A DNA stretch of 32,000 nucleotides, taken from Wolbachia endosymbiont of Drosophila innubila (GTDB taxonomy: Bacteria; Pseudomonadota; Alphaproteobacteria; Rickettsiales; Anaplasmataceae). The notes under the pieces are model-generated. The model saw only the letters and a program-made list of their open reading frames with translations. It was not told where the DNA came from and did not search any database. Made by a program: the position numbers and the translations under genes. Position 1 is the stretch's first letter; each line of letters opens with the position of its first letter. The stretch is taken from the NCBI RefSeq assembly GCF_021378375.1, contig NZ_CP076228.1:300001-332000 (forward strand). The letters run 5' to 3'. Of the stretch, positions 9,891 to 19,371 are shown piece after piece.

Positions 9891-12800
9891 TTAACGCTCA
9901 ATACTAACACTTAAATCCTGATATTCCTTAGAATAGAAGTTAGTTCCAATTTCTGTATTAATGTCCAAAGATAAGGCAAGGGTCTGCTCTTTTATATATT
10001 CAAACCACGTATTTATTGCTTCCTTAATTTTCTCTTCTTCTGTTTTGATTATTACTCTGATTCTATCTGATATATGAAAATCAGCTTGTTTTCTGGTTTC
10101 TTGAATGAGCCTCACGACATCTCTCGCTAACCCTTCTAGAATTAATTCATCATTTAGTTCAGTATTTAGAATGACAATCCCTTTATTGTTATCAAATACA
10201 GAGGAATATTCACTGTTTGCTTTTAACAATAGTTCATATTCGCCTTTTTCTATAATATAGCTCTCTGATTCGTCTCCTAGAAATATCTGCTCATTCTCAA
10301 CTTGCTTCCATTTTCCCTCCTTGACATATTGAACTAGCTTCTTGATTTTGTCTGGAATTCTTTTCCCAAGCAGTGGGAAATTTAGCTTTAACTCTAGTGA
10401 TGCAATACCTTCAAGTCTGTTTACTAATTCCAAGCTTTTTACATTCACCTCATCTTTTATCATCTCCTGGTACTCATTTGAATCTGCAGCACATTGGATC
10501 CCAGTGTCAGCTACTTGGATAACAGGAGAGAACTCTGGGATGACAGAAAGCGGTTCACCTTCAAGAAAACTACAGGAAGACTGATGATAAATGATCATAC
10601 TGCTAAGCGGCTGTCTGATACGTATATTAAAAGTGTTTCTGATCGAAAGTGCAGAGTTGCACACCTCTCTCACTAGATCCATCTTGGCAATGAGCTGACT
10701 ATCAAACTTCTCTAATTGTGGAAAATTAGCCAAATGAACAGATGTTTCTTCATACTTAAGCCCTTGCCATATATTCTCTGTTATAAGTGGCAACAAAGGA
10801 GCTGCAGCTCTTAGTATGTAATAAAAAACCGTATATAGAACATTATAAGCATCAGTTTTATCCTGATCCAAATCACTTTTCCAAAAACGCTCGCGACTGC
10901 GACGAATATACCAGTTATTCAGCACTTCAAAAAAATCTATCAGAATTTTGCAAGCCTCTTGGGAGCTATAGCTGTTCATAGAAGCTTGGATACTTTCTAC
11001 AGCTTCAAAACATTTGGAAATCATGTAGCGATCAATAGTACTTTGATAATCCTTACAAACTTCAGCTTTAATTCCATCTGCATTTGCATACATAGTAAAA
11101 AAGTGATAACTGTTCCAAATAGGTTTTATTACGTTTTTCAGAACATCTCGTATTGAGTTTCCTTCTTTATCGAGTAGCAAATTACCACCACAAATAATAG
11201 ATCCAGAAAGCATAAGAAAACGCAGTGCATCAGAACCGTATCTATCAAAAACCTCCATTGGATCTGCATAGTTATTCAAACGTTTGGACAATTTTTGCCC
11301 TTTTACATCCAAAACAACACCGTGGCATATGCAGTTCTTAAATGGTTCCCTATTAAACAAAGCAGTGGACAATACAAAGAGCGTATAAAACCACCCCCTG
11401 GTTTGCGCTATGTATTCAGTGATAAAATCCGCAGATTCAAACCACTCCTTATTTTCAAACGGATAGTGGATTTGCGCAAATGGCATCGAGCCAGATTCAA
11501 ACCAGCAGTCAAACACGTCAGGTACACGGCGCATAACTGATTTTCCTGTTGGATCATCAGGATTTAGTCTTGTTAAAGTATCGATAAATGGTCTGTGCAA
11601 GTCGTCTATTTTAACATTAAAATCTCTCTCCAGTTCTTCTATTGAACCATATACATCTACTCTTGGATATCTCGCATCATCTGATTTCCATACAGGGATT
11701 GGCGTACCCCAGAATCGATTGCGTGAAATTGACCAGTCGTGTGCCCCTTCAAGCCATTTTCCAAATTGACCATCTCTAATGTGGTTTGGTATCCAATTAA
11801 CTCTCTTATTTAGCTCTACCATTCTGCTTTTGAATTTTGTAACAGCAACATACCAAGAAGGCATAGTTCGATAGATCAAAGGAGTGTCAGTTCTCCAGCA
11901 GTGTGGATAATTGTGAATATATTGCTCAGTCTTAAACCAACTTCCCTGCCCTTTCAATTTTTTTATTACTGTATCATTGGCATCAAAAACATGAACCCCT
12001 GCCAAATCTGAAACTTCAGCAGTAAATTTTCCACTGTTATCAATTGGACAAATAACTGGAATATCATGGCTTTGGCAAAGGTAAAAATCTTCCTCACCAA
12101 ATCCAGGAGCAGTATGCACAACGCCAGTACCGTCTTCTTCCGTCACATAATCAGCAATAAAAACGCGAAATGCATTTTTTGTGTCTTTAAAATAGTCAAA
12201 CAGTGGTTTGTAAGAAAGACCTGCAAGATCATTCGCTTTAAGTTTTATATTGCAGTTTTCATATGGAATATTGTTTTGTTCAGAGTGGCTGATAAATTTC
12301 TCTAAGTAGCTTTCAGCAAAAATGTATATTTCACCATTCATTGAACTTCCTTCACTACTCCCTGTCATCCCAGTGCCCAGACACTGGGATCCAGAAATAG
12401 ATTCCAGCGTCACGCGCTGGAATGACATCAAAGGGTGGACTGACACTGCACAATACTTAATATCTTTTCCTATTGCTAAAGCCAAGTTGCTCGGCAACGT
12501 CCAAGGAGTTGTAGTCCAAGCAAGTAATTTACACTTTCGTTTAACACTTTTAAATTGCTGTGGGTTTTCTAAAAGCTCAAATGCAACAGTTACAGCTTTG
12601 CTAACTTTTTCTCTATACGCGTTATCAAGCCTTGTTTCGAAATTAGATAATGGAGTTTCGCATGCCCAGCTATATGGTACAACGCGCACTGATTCATACA
12701 CCAGACCCTTATCATAAAGCTGCTTGAATGCCCACATGACCGACTCCATGAATGATTTATCCATAGTCTTATAGTCATTGTGAAAGTCTACCCACCTTGC

Positions 12801-13226
12801 TTGCCTATTTACATACTTCTCCCACTCTGATGAAAATTTCATCACAGAAGTACGGCAATGATCGTTAAATTTATCTATACCAAACTTCTCTATCTCAGTT
12901 CTACCAGATATTCCAAGTTCTTTTTCTGCACCCATCTCAGCCGGCAATCCATGGCAATCCCAGCCAAATCTACGTTCAACCCTTTTTTGAAGCATAGTTT
13001 GATATCTTGCAAATGCGTCTTTGATGAAACCAGTGAGTAAATGTCCATAATGCGGAAGTCCATTTGCAAACGGAGGCCCATCGTAAAAGACAAAACAATT
13101 ATCCTTGGAACGTTCTTCAACTGACCGCTCAAAAACTTTGTTTTCCTGCCAAAATTTTATGATTTCCTTTTCTAACGATAAAAAATCAGGACTACTTACT
13201 GTATCAGGATAATGCTTTGACTTCAT
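9891..13226 (-). CDS. ileS: Isoleucine--tRNA ligase (long, type-2/eukaryote-like form)
   Basis: 1111 aa. It has a HIGH-type motif (PHYGHLLTG), a KMSKS-type motif (KLSKRLNN), and WDCHGLP and WTTTPWTLPSN blocks. Confidence 0.97.
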   Translation of the reverse strand: MKSKHYPDTVSSPDFLSLEKEIIKFWQENKVFERSVEERSKDNCFVFYDGPPFANGLPHYGHLLTGFIKDAFARYQTMLQKRVERRFGWDCHGLPAEMGAEKELGISGRTEIEKFGIDKFNDHCRTSVMKFSSEWEKYVNRQARWVDFHNDYKTMDKSFMESVMWAFKQLYDKGLVYESVRVVPYSWACETPLSNFETRLDNAYREKVSKAVTVAFELLENPQQFKSVKRKCKLLAWTTTPWTLPSNLALAIGKDIKYCAVSVHPLMSFQRVTLESISGSQCLGTGMTGSSEGSSMNGEIYIFAESYLEKFISHSEQNNIPYENCNIKLKANDLAGLSYKPLFDYFKDTKNAFRVFIADYVTEEDGTGVVHTAPGFGEEDFYLCQSHDIPVICPIDNSGKFTAEVSDLAGVHVFDANDTVIKKLKGQGSWFKTEQYIHNYPHCWRTDTPLIYRTMPSWYVAVTKFKSRMVELNKRVNWIPNHIRDGQFGKWLEGAHDWSISRNRFWGTPIPVWKSDDARYPRVDVYGSIEELERDFNVKIDDLHRPFIDTLTRLNPDDPTGKSVMRRVPDVFDCWFESGSMPFAQIHYPFENKEWFESADFITEYIAQTRGWFYTLFVLSTALFNREPFKNCICHGVVLDVKGQKLSKRLNNYADPMEVFDRYGSDALRFLMLSGSIICGGNLLLDKEGNSIRDVLKNVIKPIWNSYHFFTMYANADGIKAEVCKDYQSTIDRYMISKCFEAVESIQASMNSYSSQEACKILIDFFEVLNNWYIRRSRERFWKSDLDQDKTDAYNVLYTVFYYILRAAAPLLPLITENIWQGLKYEETSVHLANFPQLEKFDSQLIAKMDLVREVCNSALSIRNTFNIRIRQPLSSMIIYHQSSCSFLEGEPLSVIPEFSPVIQVADTGIQCAADSNEYQEMIKDEVNVKSLELVNRLEGIASLELKLNFPLLGKRIPDKIKKLVQYVKEGKWKQVENEQIFLGDESESYIIEKGEYELLLKANSEYSSVFDNNKGIVILNTELNDELILEGLARDVVRLIQETRKQADFHISDRIRVIIKTEEEKIKEAINTWFEYIKEQTLALSLDINTEIGTNFYSKEYQDLSVSIER
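12363..12428. repeat. 66-bp palindromic repeat element inserted in-frame in ileS
   Basis: TGTCATCCCAGTGcccagaCACTGGGATccagaaatagATTCCAGCGtcacGCGCTGGAATGACA contains two nested hairpins and outer TGTCAT/ATGACA arms. It encodes MSFQRVTLESISGSQCLGTGMT within IleRS. The 33-nt core is identical to the intergenic copy at 26816-26850. Confidence 0.8.
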
Positions 13227-13296
13227 GTTCGCTATGTAAAACTAAAGAATATAGGGCTTTCTGAAAAATTACAAATTCAAAAATATTTCCGTAGCT

Positions 13297-13337
13297 CACA
13301 CCCCAACAAACTATTCTGCCGAGCTTCCAATACCTTT
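13297..13337 (-). pseudogene. Displaced fragment of a miaB 3' end
   Basis: CACACCCCAACAAACTATTCTGCCGAGCTTCCAATACCTTT aligns with miaB 15020-15060 (CACACCCCAGCAAACTACTCTGCCGAGCTTCCAACACTTTC). Minus-strand translation gives KVLEARQNSLLGCE, against [14 protein letters not shown] in miaB. Confidence 0.65.
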
Positions 13338-13402
13338 TTTTAAGTTTTACTTGCAGTTTTTATTGTTTTACTTAACATTAACCCAAGCTTTAGGGGTATT
13401 TT

Positions 13403-14869
13403 ATGGATCAGAAGACAGATAAGTTTCCACAATTTTTAAAAATGTTGTGCTTTGTTGAAATGTGGGAACGTTTCTCTTACTATGGAATGAGGGCACTTTT
13501 GGTCCTATTTTTGACTTCTCACTTAGGTTTCACTGATAAGAGGGCCTTTACTATTTACTCATTATTTGCTGCAACAGGTTATGCTATACCAATACTTGGA
13601 GGTTTTTTAGCTGATAAGTTGATGGGATTCCGCAACATGGTGTTGCTTGGAGGGATAGTGATGATAGCAGGTCATGCTTGCATGTCATTGGTTAAGTTTG
13701 AACCAGGTTTATTATATTTAGGTTTATCTCTAATAGCCATAGGTACTGGTATGTTTAAAGGGAACGTAACTAACTTACTTAGTTCATGCTATGGCAAAGA
13801 CGATCCTGAACGTAGCAGAGGCTTTACTTTATTTTACGTAGGTGTGAATATTGGAGCAATATTGGCTTCTATTTCATGTGGTTATGTAGCCCACTTGTTT
13901 GGCTGGCACTACGGCTTTGGTTTAGCTGGTATTGGGATGTCTATAGGGCTAATCTTTTTTCTCAAATTTCAGAATCTTTTAGGAGATAGCGGCCTTTCTC
14001 CTTATCCAGAGCTTATGAATAAGCGCATATTAGGGATTAAAATTTTTGGTATAGTATTGATAGGAAGCTTTCTGTCATCATCAATAATTGCTAAAATGCT
14101 TATACATAGTGAATTTTTTACTAATATGCTCATATTTATTGGAATAACAGCTCTGGGCATATTTATTTATATAATATCTAAATTATCAGCAGAACAAAGA
14201 CGAAAATTAGTGGCATTATCTATTCTTGTGGTATTTTTCTTGTGTTTTTTTGCTTTAGAAATGCAGCTTGGCTCTTTGGTTAACTTATTCACCGAAAGAA
14301 ACGTTATTAACAATGTATTAGGTATAACAATCCCAGCTTCAGTTTCTCAAGCCATAAATCCTTTGTCAATTATAATATTTGGCTTTCTTTTTGGAACATA
14401 CATGAAGTTTAAGCAAAAATATGCAACTTCCATGTTTACCCTTGGCCTTCTGACAATGGCTATGTGTTTTTTCACACTGTACATAGGATGTTTAAACTCT
14501 AACATTGAAGGTAAAGTAGAATACTTATATTTAATAATTGCTATCTCCTTTATGGGACTGGGAGAATTATGTATTGCTCCATTAGTCCAAGAACAAGCAA
14601 CTACACTAGCCCCCAAAAACCTTAGAGGAGTAGTGATGGGTATAGTAATGCTGTCATTAGCGTTTTCTAACCTAGCCGAAGTTGCAATATCAAAATTTAT
14701 GTCAGTTCCTTCAGTAAATGGTAAAATAAATTATTTAGAATCTTTAGAAATATATAAAGAGGGTTTTTTAAAGGTGGGAATATTTAATTTAATGCTCGTT
14801 ATTGTATTTTTATTCTTCTTCAATTTTATACATAAAGTTGTTACTAACTCATCTTGTACAAAAAATTGA
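13403..14869 (+). CDS. Proton-dependent oligopeptide transporter (POT/PTR2 family, di-/tripeptide permease)
   Basis: 488-aa polytopic protein. FVEMWERFSYYGMRALLVLFL and GGFLADKLMG are the POT family signatures. Confidence 0.9.
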   Translation: MDQKTDKFPQFLKMLCFVEMWERFSYYGMRALLVLFLTSHLGFTDKRAFTIYSLFAATGYAIPILGGFLADKLMGFRNMVLLGGIVMIAGHACMSLVKFEPGLLYLGLSLIAIGTGMFKGNVTNLLSSCYGKDDPERSRGFTLFYVGVNIGAILASISCGYVAHLFGWHYGFGLAGIGMSIGLIFFLKFQNLLGDSGLSPYPELMNKRILGIKIFGIVLIGSFLSSSIIAKMLIHSEFFTNMLIFIGITALGIFIYIISKLSAEQRRKLVALSILVVFFLCFFALEMQLGSLVNLFTERNVINNVLGITIPASVSQAINPLSIIIFGFLFGTYMKFKQKYATSMFTLGLLTMAMCFFTLYIGCLNSNIEGKVEYLYLIIAISFMGLGELCIAPLVQEQATTLAPKNLRGVVMGIVMLSLAFSNLAEVAISKFMSVPSVNGKINYLESLEIYKEGFLKVGIFNLMLVIVFLFFFNFIHKVVTNSSCTKN

Positions 14870-15008
14870 TATAGGTAAGCTCAAATTTGTAGGTTTAAGG
14901 TATCCGTTCAGCAGAGGTAGCAATTAAATTTTGTAACTTTTGAAAAAGATTATGATTGCATTTTTTCAATACTCTTTGCTTAAGATTTATATTTAACGCT
15001 GCTTAAAA

Positions 15009-16328
15009 TCAGTGAAATGCACACCCCAGCAAACTACTCTGCCGAGCTTCCAACACTTTCACATTTACTATTTTGTCCCTGTATTTATCTTCAGAATCAT
15101 CAATGCACACTGATTGCATATATGGGCTTTTACCAATAATTTGGTTTTGGTGTTTACCTTTTTTATCGCTAAATAGAACAGGTATAGTTTTACCTACCAT
15201 ACTCTGGTTAAACTTAAGTTGTTGCTTACTAATTAATTTCTGTAAACGAAGAAGGCGCTCTGTTTTAACCTCTTCTGGTACTTGATCTTTTCTTTCCGCT
15301 CCCGGTGTGCCTGGTCTTGGGCTGTATTTAAAACTATAAGCCTGAGCATATCTAACTTTTTCTACTAATTTCATAATTTCTTCAAAATCTTTTTCGGTTT
15401 CTCCAGGAAAACCAACAATAAAATCAGAAGAAAATTCGATTTCAGGTTTCAATTTGCGAAATCTGTCTATTATTTCCAAATACTCCTCTGCGGTGTGTTT
15501 CCTGTTCATCGCGTGCAATATTTTATTCGAACCAGACTGCACAGGCAGGTGAACAAACGGCATGAGCTTTGGCTCTTCCGCATGTGCCAAGTAGAGAGAT
15601 TCATGCATATCTCTTGGATGAGAAGTTGTATAACGAATCCTCTCTAGCTTTTCAATTTTAGCAATATGACTAATTAATTTTCCTAAATCCCACACTTCCC
15701 CTTCGCACTCCCCATGGTAAGCATTGACGTTCTGACCAAGCAAATTGATCTCATTTGCCCCATTTGCAACTAATTTCAATGCTTCACGAAATATTTCATT
15801 CACTGGCCGTGAATACTCAGCTCCACGAGTATAGGGCACTACACAAAACGTACAAAATTTATCACAACCCTCTTGTATGGCAAGAAACGCAGAAGACCCC
15901 TGGCTATTGCCATAGCATTCATCTGGCAATTTATCAAACTTTGCAACTTCAGGAAAATCAGTATTTATTACATGACCTTTACTTCTGCTTGCTTTGACTA
16001 TCAGCTCCGGTAAGGTAGCGATACTCTGCGGACCAACAACAATATCAACAAAAGGAGCCCTTCTGAACACTTCTTCTCCCTCTGCTTGCGCTACACACCC
16101 AGCCACCACTATAGTCATTTCTTTTCGTAACGAATGAATCTTCCCAAGCTCTGAGTAAAGTTTTTCTGCTGCCTTCTCTCTAATGTGACAAGTATTCAGT
16201 ATCACTAAATCGGCTTTCCCTGCATCACTAACAACGTTGAACCCCAAAGGTTTAATTACATTTTCCATTAAAACGGAGTCATAAACGTTCATCTGACAGC
16301 CGTAAGTTTTAATATATAGGCCTTTCAT
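15009..16328 (-). CDS. miaB: tRNA (N6-isopentenyl-A37) methylthiotransferase
   Basis: 439 aa. The N-terminus is [18 protein letters not shown], the radical-SAM cluster motif is [11 protein letters not shown], and there is a C-terminal TRAM-like region. Confidence 0.95.
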   Translation of the reverse strand: MKGLYIKTYGCQMNVYDSVLMENVIKPLGFNVVSDAGKADLVILNTCHIREKAAEKLYSELGKIHSLRKEMTIVVAGCVAQAEGEEVFRRAPFVDIVVGPQSIATLPELIVKASRSKGHVINTDFPEVAKFDKLPDECYGNSQGSSAFLAIQEGCDKFCTFCVVPYTRGAEYSRPVNEIFREALKLVANGANEINLLGQNVNAYHGECEGEVWDLGKLISHIAKIEKLERIRYTTSHPRDMHESLYLAHAEEPKLMPFVHLPVQSGSNKILHAMNRKHTAEEYLEIIDRFRKLKPEIEFSSDFIVGFPGETEKDFEEIMKLVEKVRYAQAYSFKYSPRPGTPGAERKDQVPEEVKTERLLRLQKLISKQQLKFNQSMVGKTIPVLFSDKKGKHQNQIIGKSPYMQSVCIDDSEDKYRDKIVNVKVLEARQSSLLGCAFH

Positions 16329-16443
16329 ATTTGGTATGTCTTTTTCAAAATTTCTTCACCCTACACGTAAATGTCTAACAGACCAGCGCGTGACGCTAGT
16401 GAACTTGCTAGCACAATAGATTTTGACAAAATTATACGAAAAA

Positions 16444-16476
16444 CTGGATCCCAGTGTCAAGCACTGGGATGACAAG
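16444..16476. repeat. Palindromic repeat copy (CTGGATCCCAGTGtcaaGCACTGGGATGACAAG)
   Basis: Same family as the copies at 12363-12428 and 26816-26850. It lies between miaB and hemJ. Confidence 0.7.
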
Positions 16477-16567
16477 AAAGGGAGCACTGGAATTTTTATT
16501 TCAGTATTGTACATTAGCCATGCATCTGAACAGATACGAGCTTTCTGCTTTTTTTGGGTAAGGTCAG

Positions 16568-17002
16568 TCAAAAAGGTTTTACAACAACCATAATAACTAT
16601 AACTATTATCAATACTGTAACTGCTTCATTTAAAACGCGAAAATAAATATGTGACTTCTTATTCGAACCCATTGCAAAATTTTTCCTATATTTTGCAAGT
16701 AGCATATGAATAATTAACATCAAAAGTATTGCAAATGCTTTTACATGAAACCATCCTTCACGATATGCTTCCCTAATAACCATTAGTGTAATTCCAAGAC
16801 CAAGTGAGAAAAGCATTGCAGGGTTTATGATATATCTAAGTAGCCTCTTTTCCATTGTTTGAAGCAAGCTATCATTTTCCGATCCCGGTTTTACAGTTGC
16901 ATGGTAGACATAAAGCCTGGGTAAATAAAGCATACCTGCCATCCACATGATAACAGAGATAACGTGAAAAGCCTCAAGCCAGTGGTAATAGTTCATTAGC
17001 AA
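16568..17002 (-). CDS. hemJ: Protoporphyrinogen IX oxidase HemJ (UPF0093 membrane protein)
   Basis: 144 aa with 4 TM segments. WLEAFHVISVIMWMAGMLYLPRLYVYH matches the HemJ family N-terminal signature. Confidence 0.82.
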   Translation of the reverse strand: MLMNYYHWLEAFHVISVIMWMAGMLYLPRLYVYHATVKPGSENDSLLQTMEKRLLRYIINPAMLFSLGLGITLMVIREAYREGWFHVKAFAILLMLIIHMLLAKYRKNFAMGSNKKSHIYFRVLNEAVTVLIIVIVIMVVVKPF

Positions 17003-17051
17003 AAATTTAAAATTCCTGGTATTGTGTTAGTTTAATGAAAAAGAAATCGAT

Positions 17052-18032
17052 ATGAAAGCAGAAAATTTCACTAAAGAACAGATAATTGGATTCTACAGGA
17101 AAATGCTACTCATACGCAGATTTGAGGAAAAAGCAGGACAATTATATGGGATGGGATTAATAGGCGGGTTCTGTCACCTATCAATAGGACAAGAAGCAGT
17201 TGCAGTTGGAACTCAAGCTGCATCAAAATTAGGTGACGCTTTTATCACAAGTTATAGAGACCATGGCTTAATGCTCGCATGTGATTCTGATCCAAATGTT
17301 GTAATGGCAGAGCTTACCGGCAAAGAAACAGGATGCTCGAAAGGTAAAGGTGGTTCGATGCACGTATTTGACGTTGAAAAAAAATTCTTCGGCGGGCATG
17401 GAATAGTGGGAGCACAAGTTCCAATTGGCACAGGAATAGCATTTGCTAATAAATATAAGAAAAAAGATAATGTGGTATTTACATATTTTGGCGACGGTGC
17501 TGCAAATCAAGGACAAGTATATGAATCGTTTAATATGGCATCTTTGTGGGAGTTGCCTGTGGTTTACATCATAGAAAATAATGAATACGCAATGGGAACC
17601 TCCGTGCAAAGGTCAACTTTAGTAACAGAGTTATATAAAAGAGGAGAAAGTTTTGGTATTCCTGGAAAACAAGTTGATGGAATGGATTTTTTCTCTGTTT
17701 ATGAGGCTACAAGCGAAGCAGCGGAACACACACGCAGCGGAAAAGGGCCTATCCTGCTTGAAATGAAGACATATCGATATCGCGGTCACTCAATGTCAGA
17801 TCCTGCTACTTATCGCTTAAAAGAAGAAGTTGAAGATATGAAGCAAAATCATGACCCTATAAGCACTTTAAAGAAATACATGACAGATAATAAAATGGCT
17901 TCAGAAGAAGAGTGCAAAGTAATTGATAAGGAAATACGTGATTTAGTAAAAAAGTCGGAAGATTTTGCCAAAAATAGTAAAGAACCAAGCGTTGATGAGC
18001 TGTATACTGATGTTTATAAATTTGTTAGCTAA
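17052..18032 (+). CDS. pdhA: Pyruvate dehydrogenase E1 component, alpha subunit
   Basis: 326 aa. It has GFCHLSIGQEA, the TPP-binding region YFGDGAANQGQVYESFNMA, and YRYRGHSMSDP. Confidence 0.93.
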   Translation: MKAENFTKEQIIGFYRKMLLIRRFEEKAGQLYGMGLIGGFCHLSIGQEAVAVGTQAASKLGDAFITSYRDHGLMLACDSDPNVVMAELTGKETGCSKGKGGSMHVFDVEKKFFGGHGIVGAQVPIGTGIAFANKYKKKDNVVFTYFGDGAANQGQVYESFNMASLWELPVVYIIENNEYAMGTSVQRSTLVTELYKRGESFGIPGKQVDGMDFFSVYEATSEAAEHTRSGKGPILLEMKTYRYRGHSMSDPATYRLKEEVEDMKQNHDPISTLKKYMTDNKMASEEECKVIDKEIRDLVKKSEDFAKNSKEPSVDELYTDVYKFVS

Positions 18033-18074
18033 TTTTTTTATCCAGAACTGTACAAACATTGTATAGTAAACGAT

Positions 18075-18398
18075 GTCATCCAAATAGCTCCTTCTCCCGT
18101 CATCCAAGTGCCCTCCTTTTTTTGTCATCCCAGTGCTCTGACTACTTGGATCCAGCTGAGTTGGTGAGTATAAAAGTATAGCTAACGCAAGCTCTACGTC
18201 ATGCCGCCGCGAACCGTCATACCGCGATTCATTCGCGGTATCTCTAGATCCCGCTAACAAGCAGCGGGATGACGGTTGTCAGGCTAGCTGTCATCTCAGT
18301 AGTCTCCTTCTCCTGTCATTCGAGTAGCTGACACTGGTTCCTTTATGACGGCAGTAGCCCCTTCGGTGTCATTCCAGTGCTTGACACTGGAATGACAC
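18075..18398. repeat. Cluster of nested palindromic repeats (several subfamilies)
   Basis: Contains GTCATCC-type arms, CCGTCATACCGCGATTCATTCGCGGTAT, GATCCCGCTAACAAGCAGCGGGATGACGG and GTGTCATTCCAGTGCTTGACACTGGAATGACAC. Positions 18124-18290 are the reverse complement of the cluster starting at 24234. Confidence 0.85.
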
Positions 18399-18440
18399 CA
18401 ATAATTGACATTTCACTAGATATTCATTATAAATAATGGA

Positions 18441-19364
18441 ATGCTACAAAGTATAAAAACCATATTAATAGAAGACGATAACGTTAGGCTGGATAGGTAC
18501 ATCAGAAGAATCTTTCCTGATCTAAAGCAATCTGTAATTGAAAAATCTTTAAGGAAAGGATTAATCAAAGTTGATGATTGCAAAGCAAAGTCCAGTGATA
18601 GAGTAAATTCTGGGCAAACTATAACGCTGAAGCACTTGAATTATATTGAAAACGCTAATTCTGATCGCAAATATAATGAAAAGTTAGTGAATCTACTAAG
18701 AGAGAACATATTATATGAAGACGAATATATACTAGCTATAAACAAACCCGCAGGGGTCATCGTTCAAGGTGGCGTAAAAGTAAAGATTAGCATGAGTGAT
18801 TTGCTTGACCAAATAAGAGAGGGAGAAACATTTAAAATTGTCCATAGGCTAGATAGAGATACGAGTGGAGTGATAATATTCGCACGCAACGCTAATGTTG
18901 CCAGATACCTTATGGAAGAATTTAAAGGACGAAGAGTAAAAAAAACTTATTTAGCATTAACTTCTGGCATACCGAGCAAGGATAGTGGAACAATAGACTA
19001 TCCATTGGTGAAAAAATATGTTTCAGGTCAAGAAAAAGTGGTCGTTGATGAAAATTCACCTCAGAATGCCACTACGCATTTTTCAATTATAGCAAAATCC
19101 AAACACAATGTTGCTTATTTAAAATTACAACCAATTACCGGCAGAACCCATCAGTTACGTGCACATTTAGCTCATATAAATTGCCCTATTCTTGGTGACG
19201 GTAAATATGGTGGTAAAAAAGCTTTTATTGATGGGATAGCAAATAAAATTCACCTTCATTCGCATTCTTTATCTTTAAAACTGCCAAACAATAAAGAAAT
19301 CACTATCACCGCTCCTATCACTAAACACATCGAAAAATCCATTGAAGCGCTATTTTTCGACTGA
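18441..19364 (+). CDS. rluC: RluA-family 23S rRNA pseudouridine synthase (RluC/RluD-like, with N-terminal S4 domain)
   Basis: 307 aa. The catalytic motif is HRLDRDTSGVIIFA, and LDRYI in the N-terminal region is S4-like. The choice between RluC and RluD is based on the HRLDRDTSG variant only. Confidence 0.8.
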   Translation: MLQSIKTILIEDDNVRLDRYIRRIFPDLKQSVIEKSLRKGLIKVDDCKAKSSDRVNSGQTITLKHLNYIENANSDRKYNEKLVNLLRENILYEDEYILAINKPAGVIVQGGVKVKISMSDLLDQIREGETFKIVHRLDRDTSGVIIFARNANVARYLMEEFKGRRVKKTYLALTSGIPSKDSGTIDYPLVKKYVSGQEKVVVDENSPQNATTHFSIIAKSKHNVAYLKLQPITGRTHQLRAHLAHINCPILGDGKYGGKKAFIDGIANKIHLHSHSLSLKLPNNKEITITAPITKHIEKSIEALFFD

Positions 19365-19371
19365 AACGATT

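Noticed and set aside
10342-13132. About a dozen 60-131-aa ORFs on both strands inside ileS (for example 12322-12717 + and 12890-13132 -).
   Set aside because: They are antisense or out of frame relative to a well-supported 1111-aa IleRS ORF. These are typical chance ORFs.
16356-16571. 71-aa minus-strand ORF between miaB and hemJ.
   Set aside because: It reads through a palindromic repeat copy, has no RBS, and its sequence is repeat-derived (…LTLGSSF…). I treat it as intergenic.
17943-18260. 105-aa minus-strand ORF.
   Set aside because: It overlaps the pdhA 3' end antisense and then runs through the palindromic repeat cluster, so it is an artefact of the repeats.
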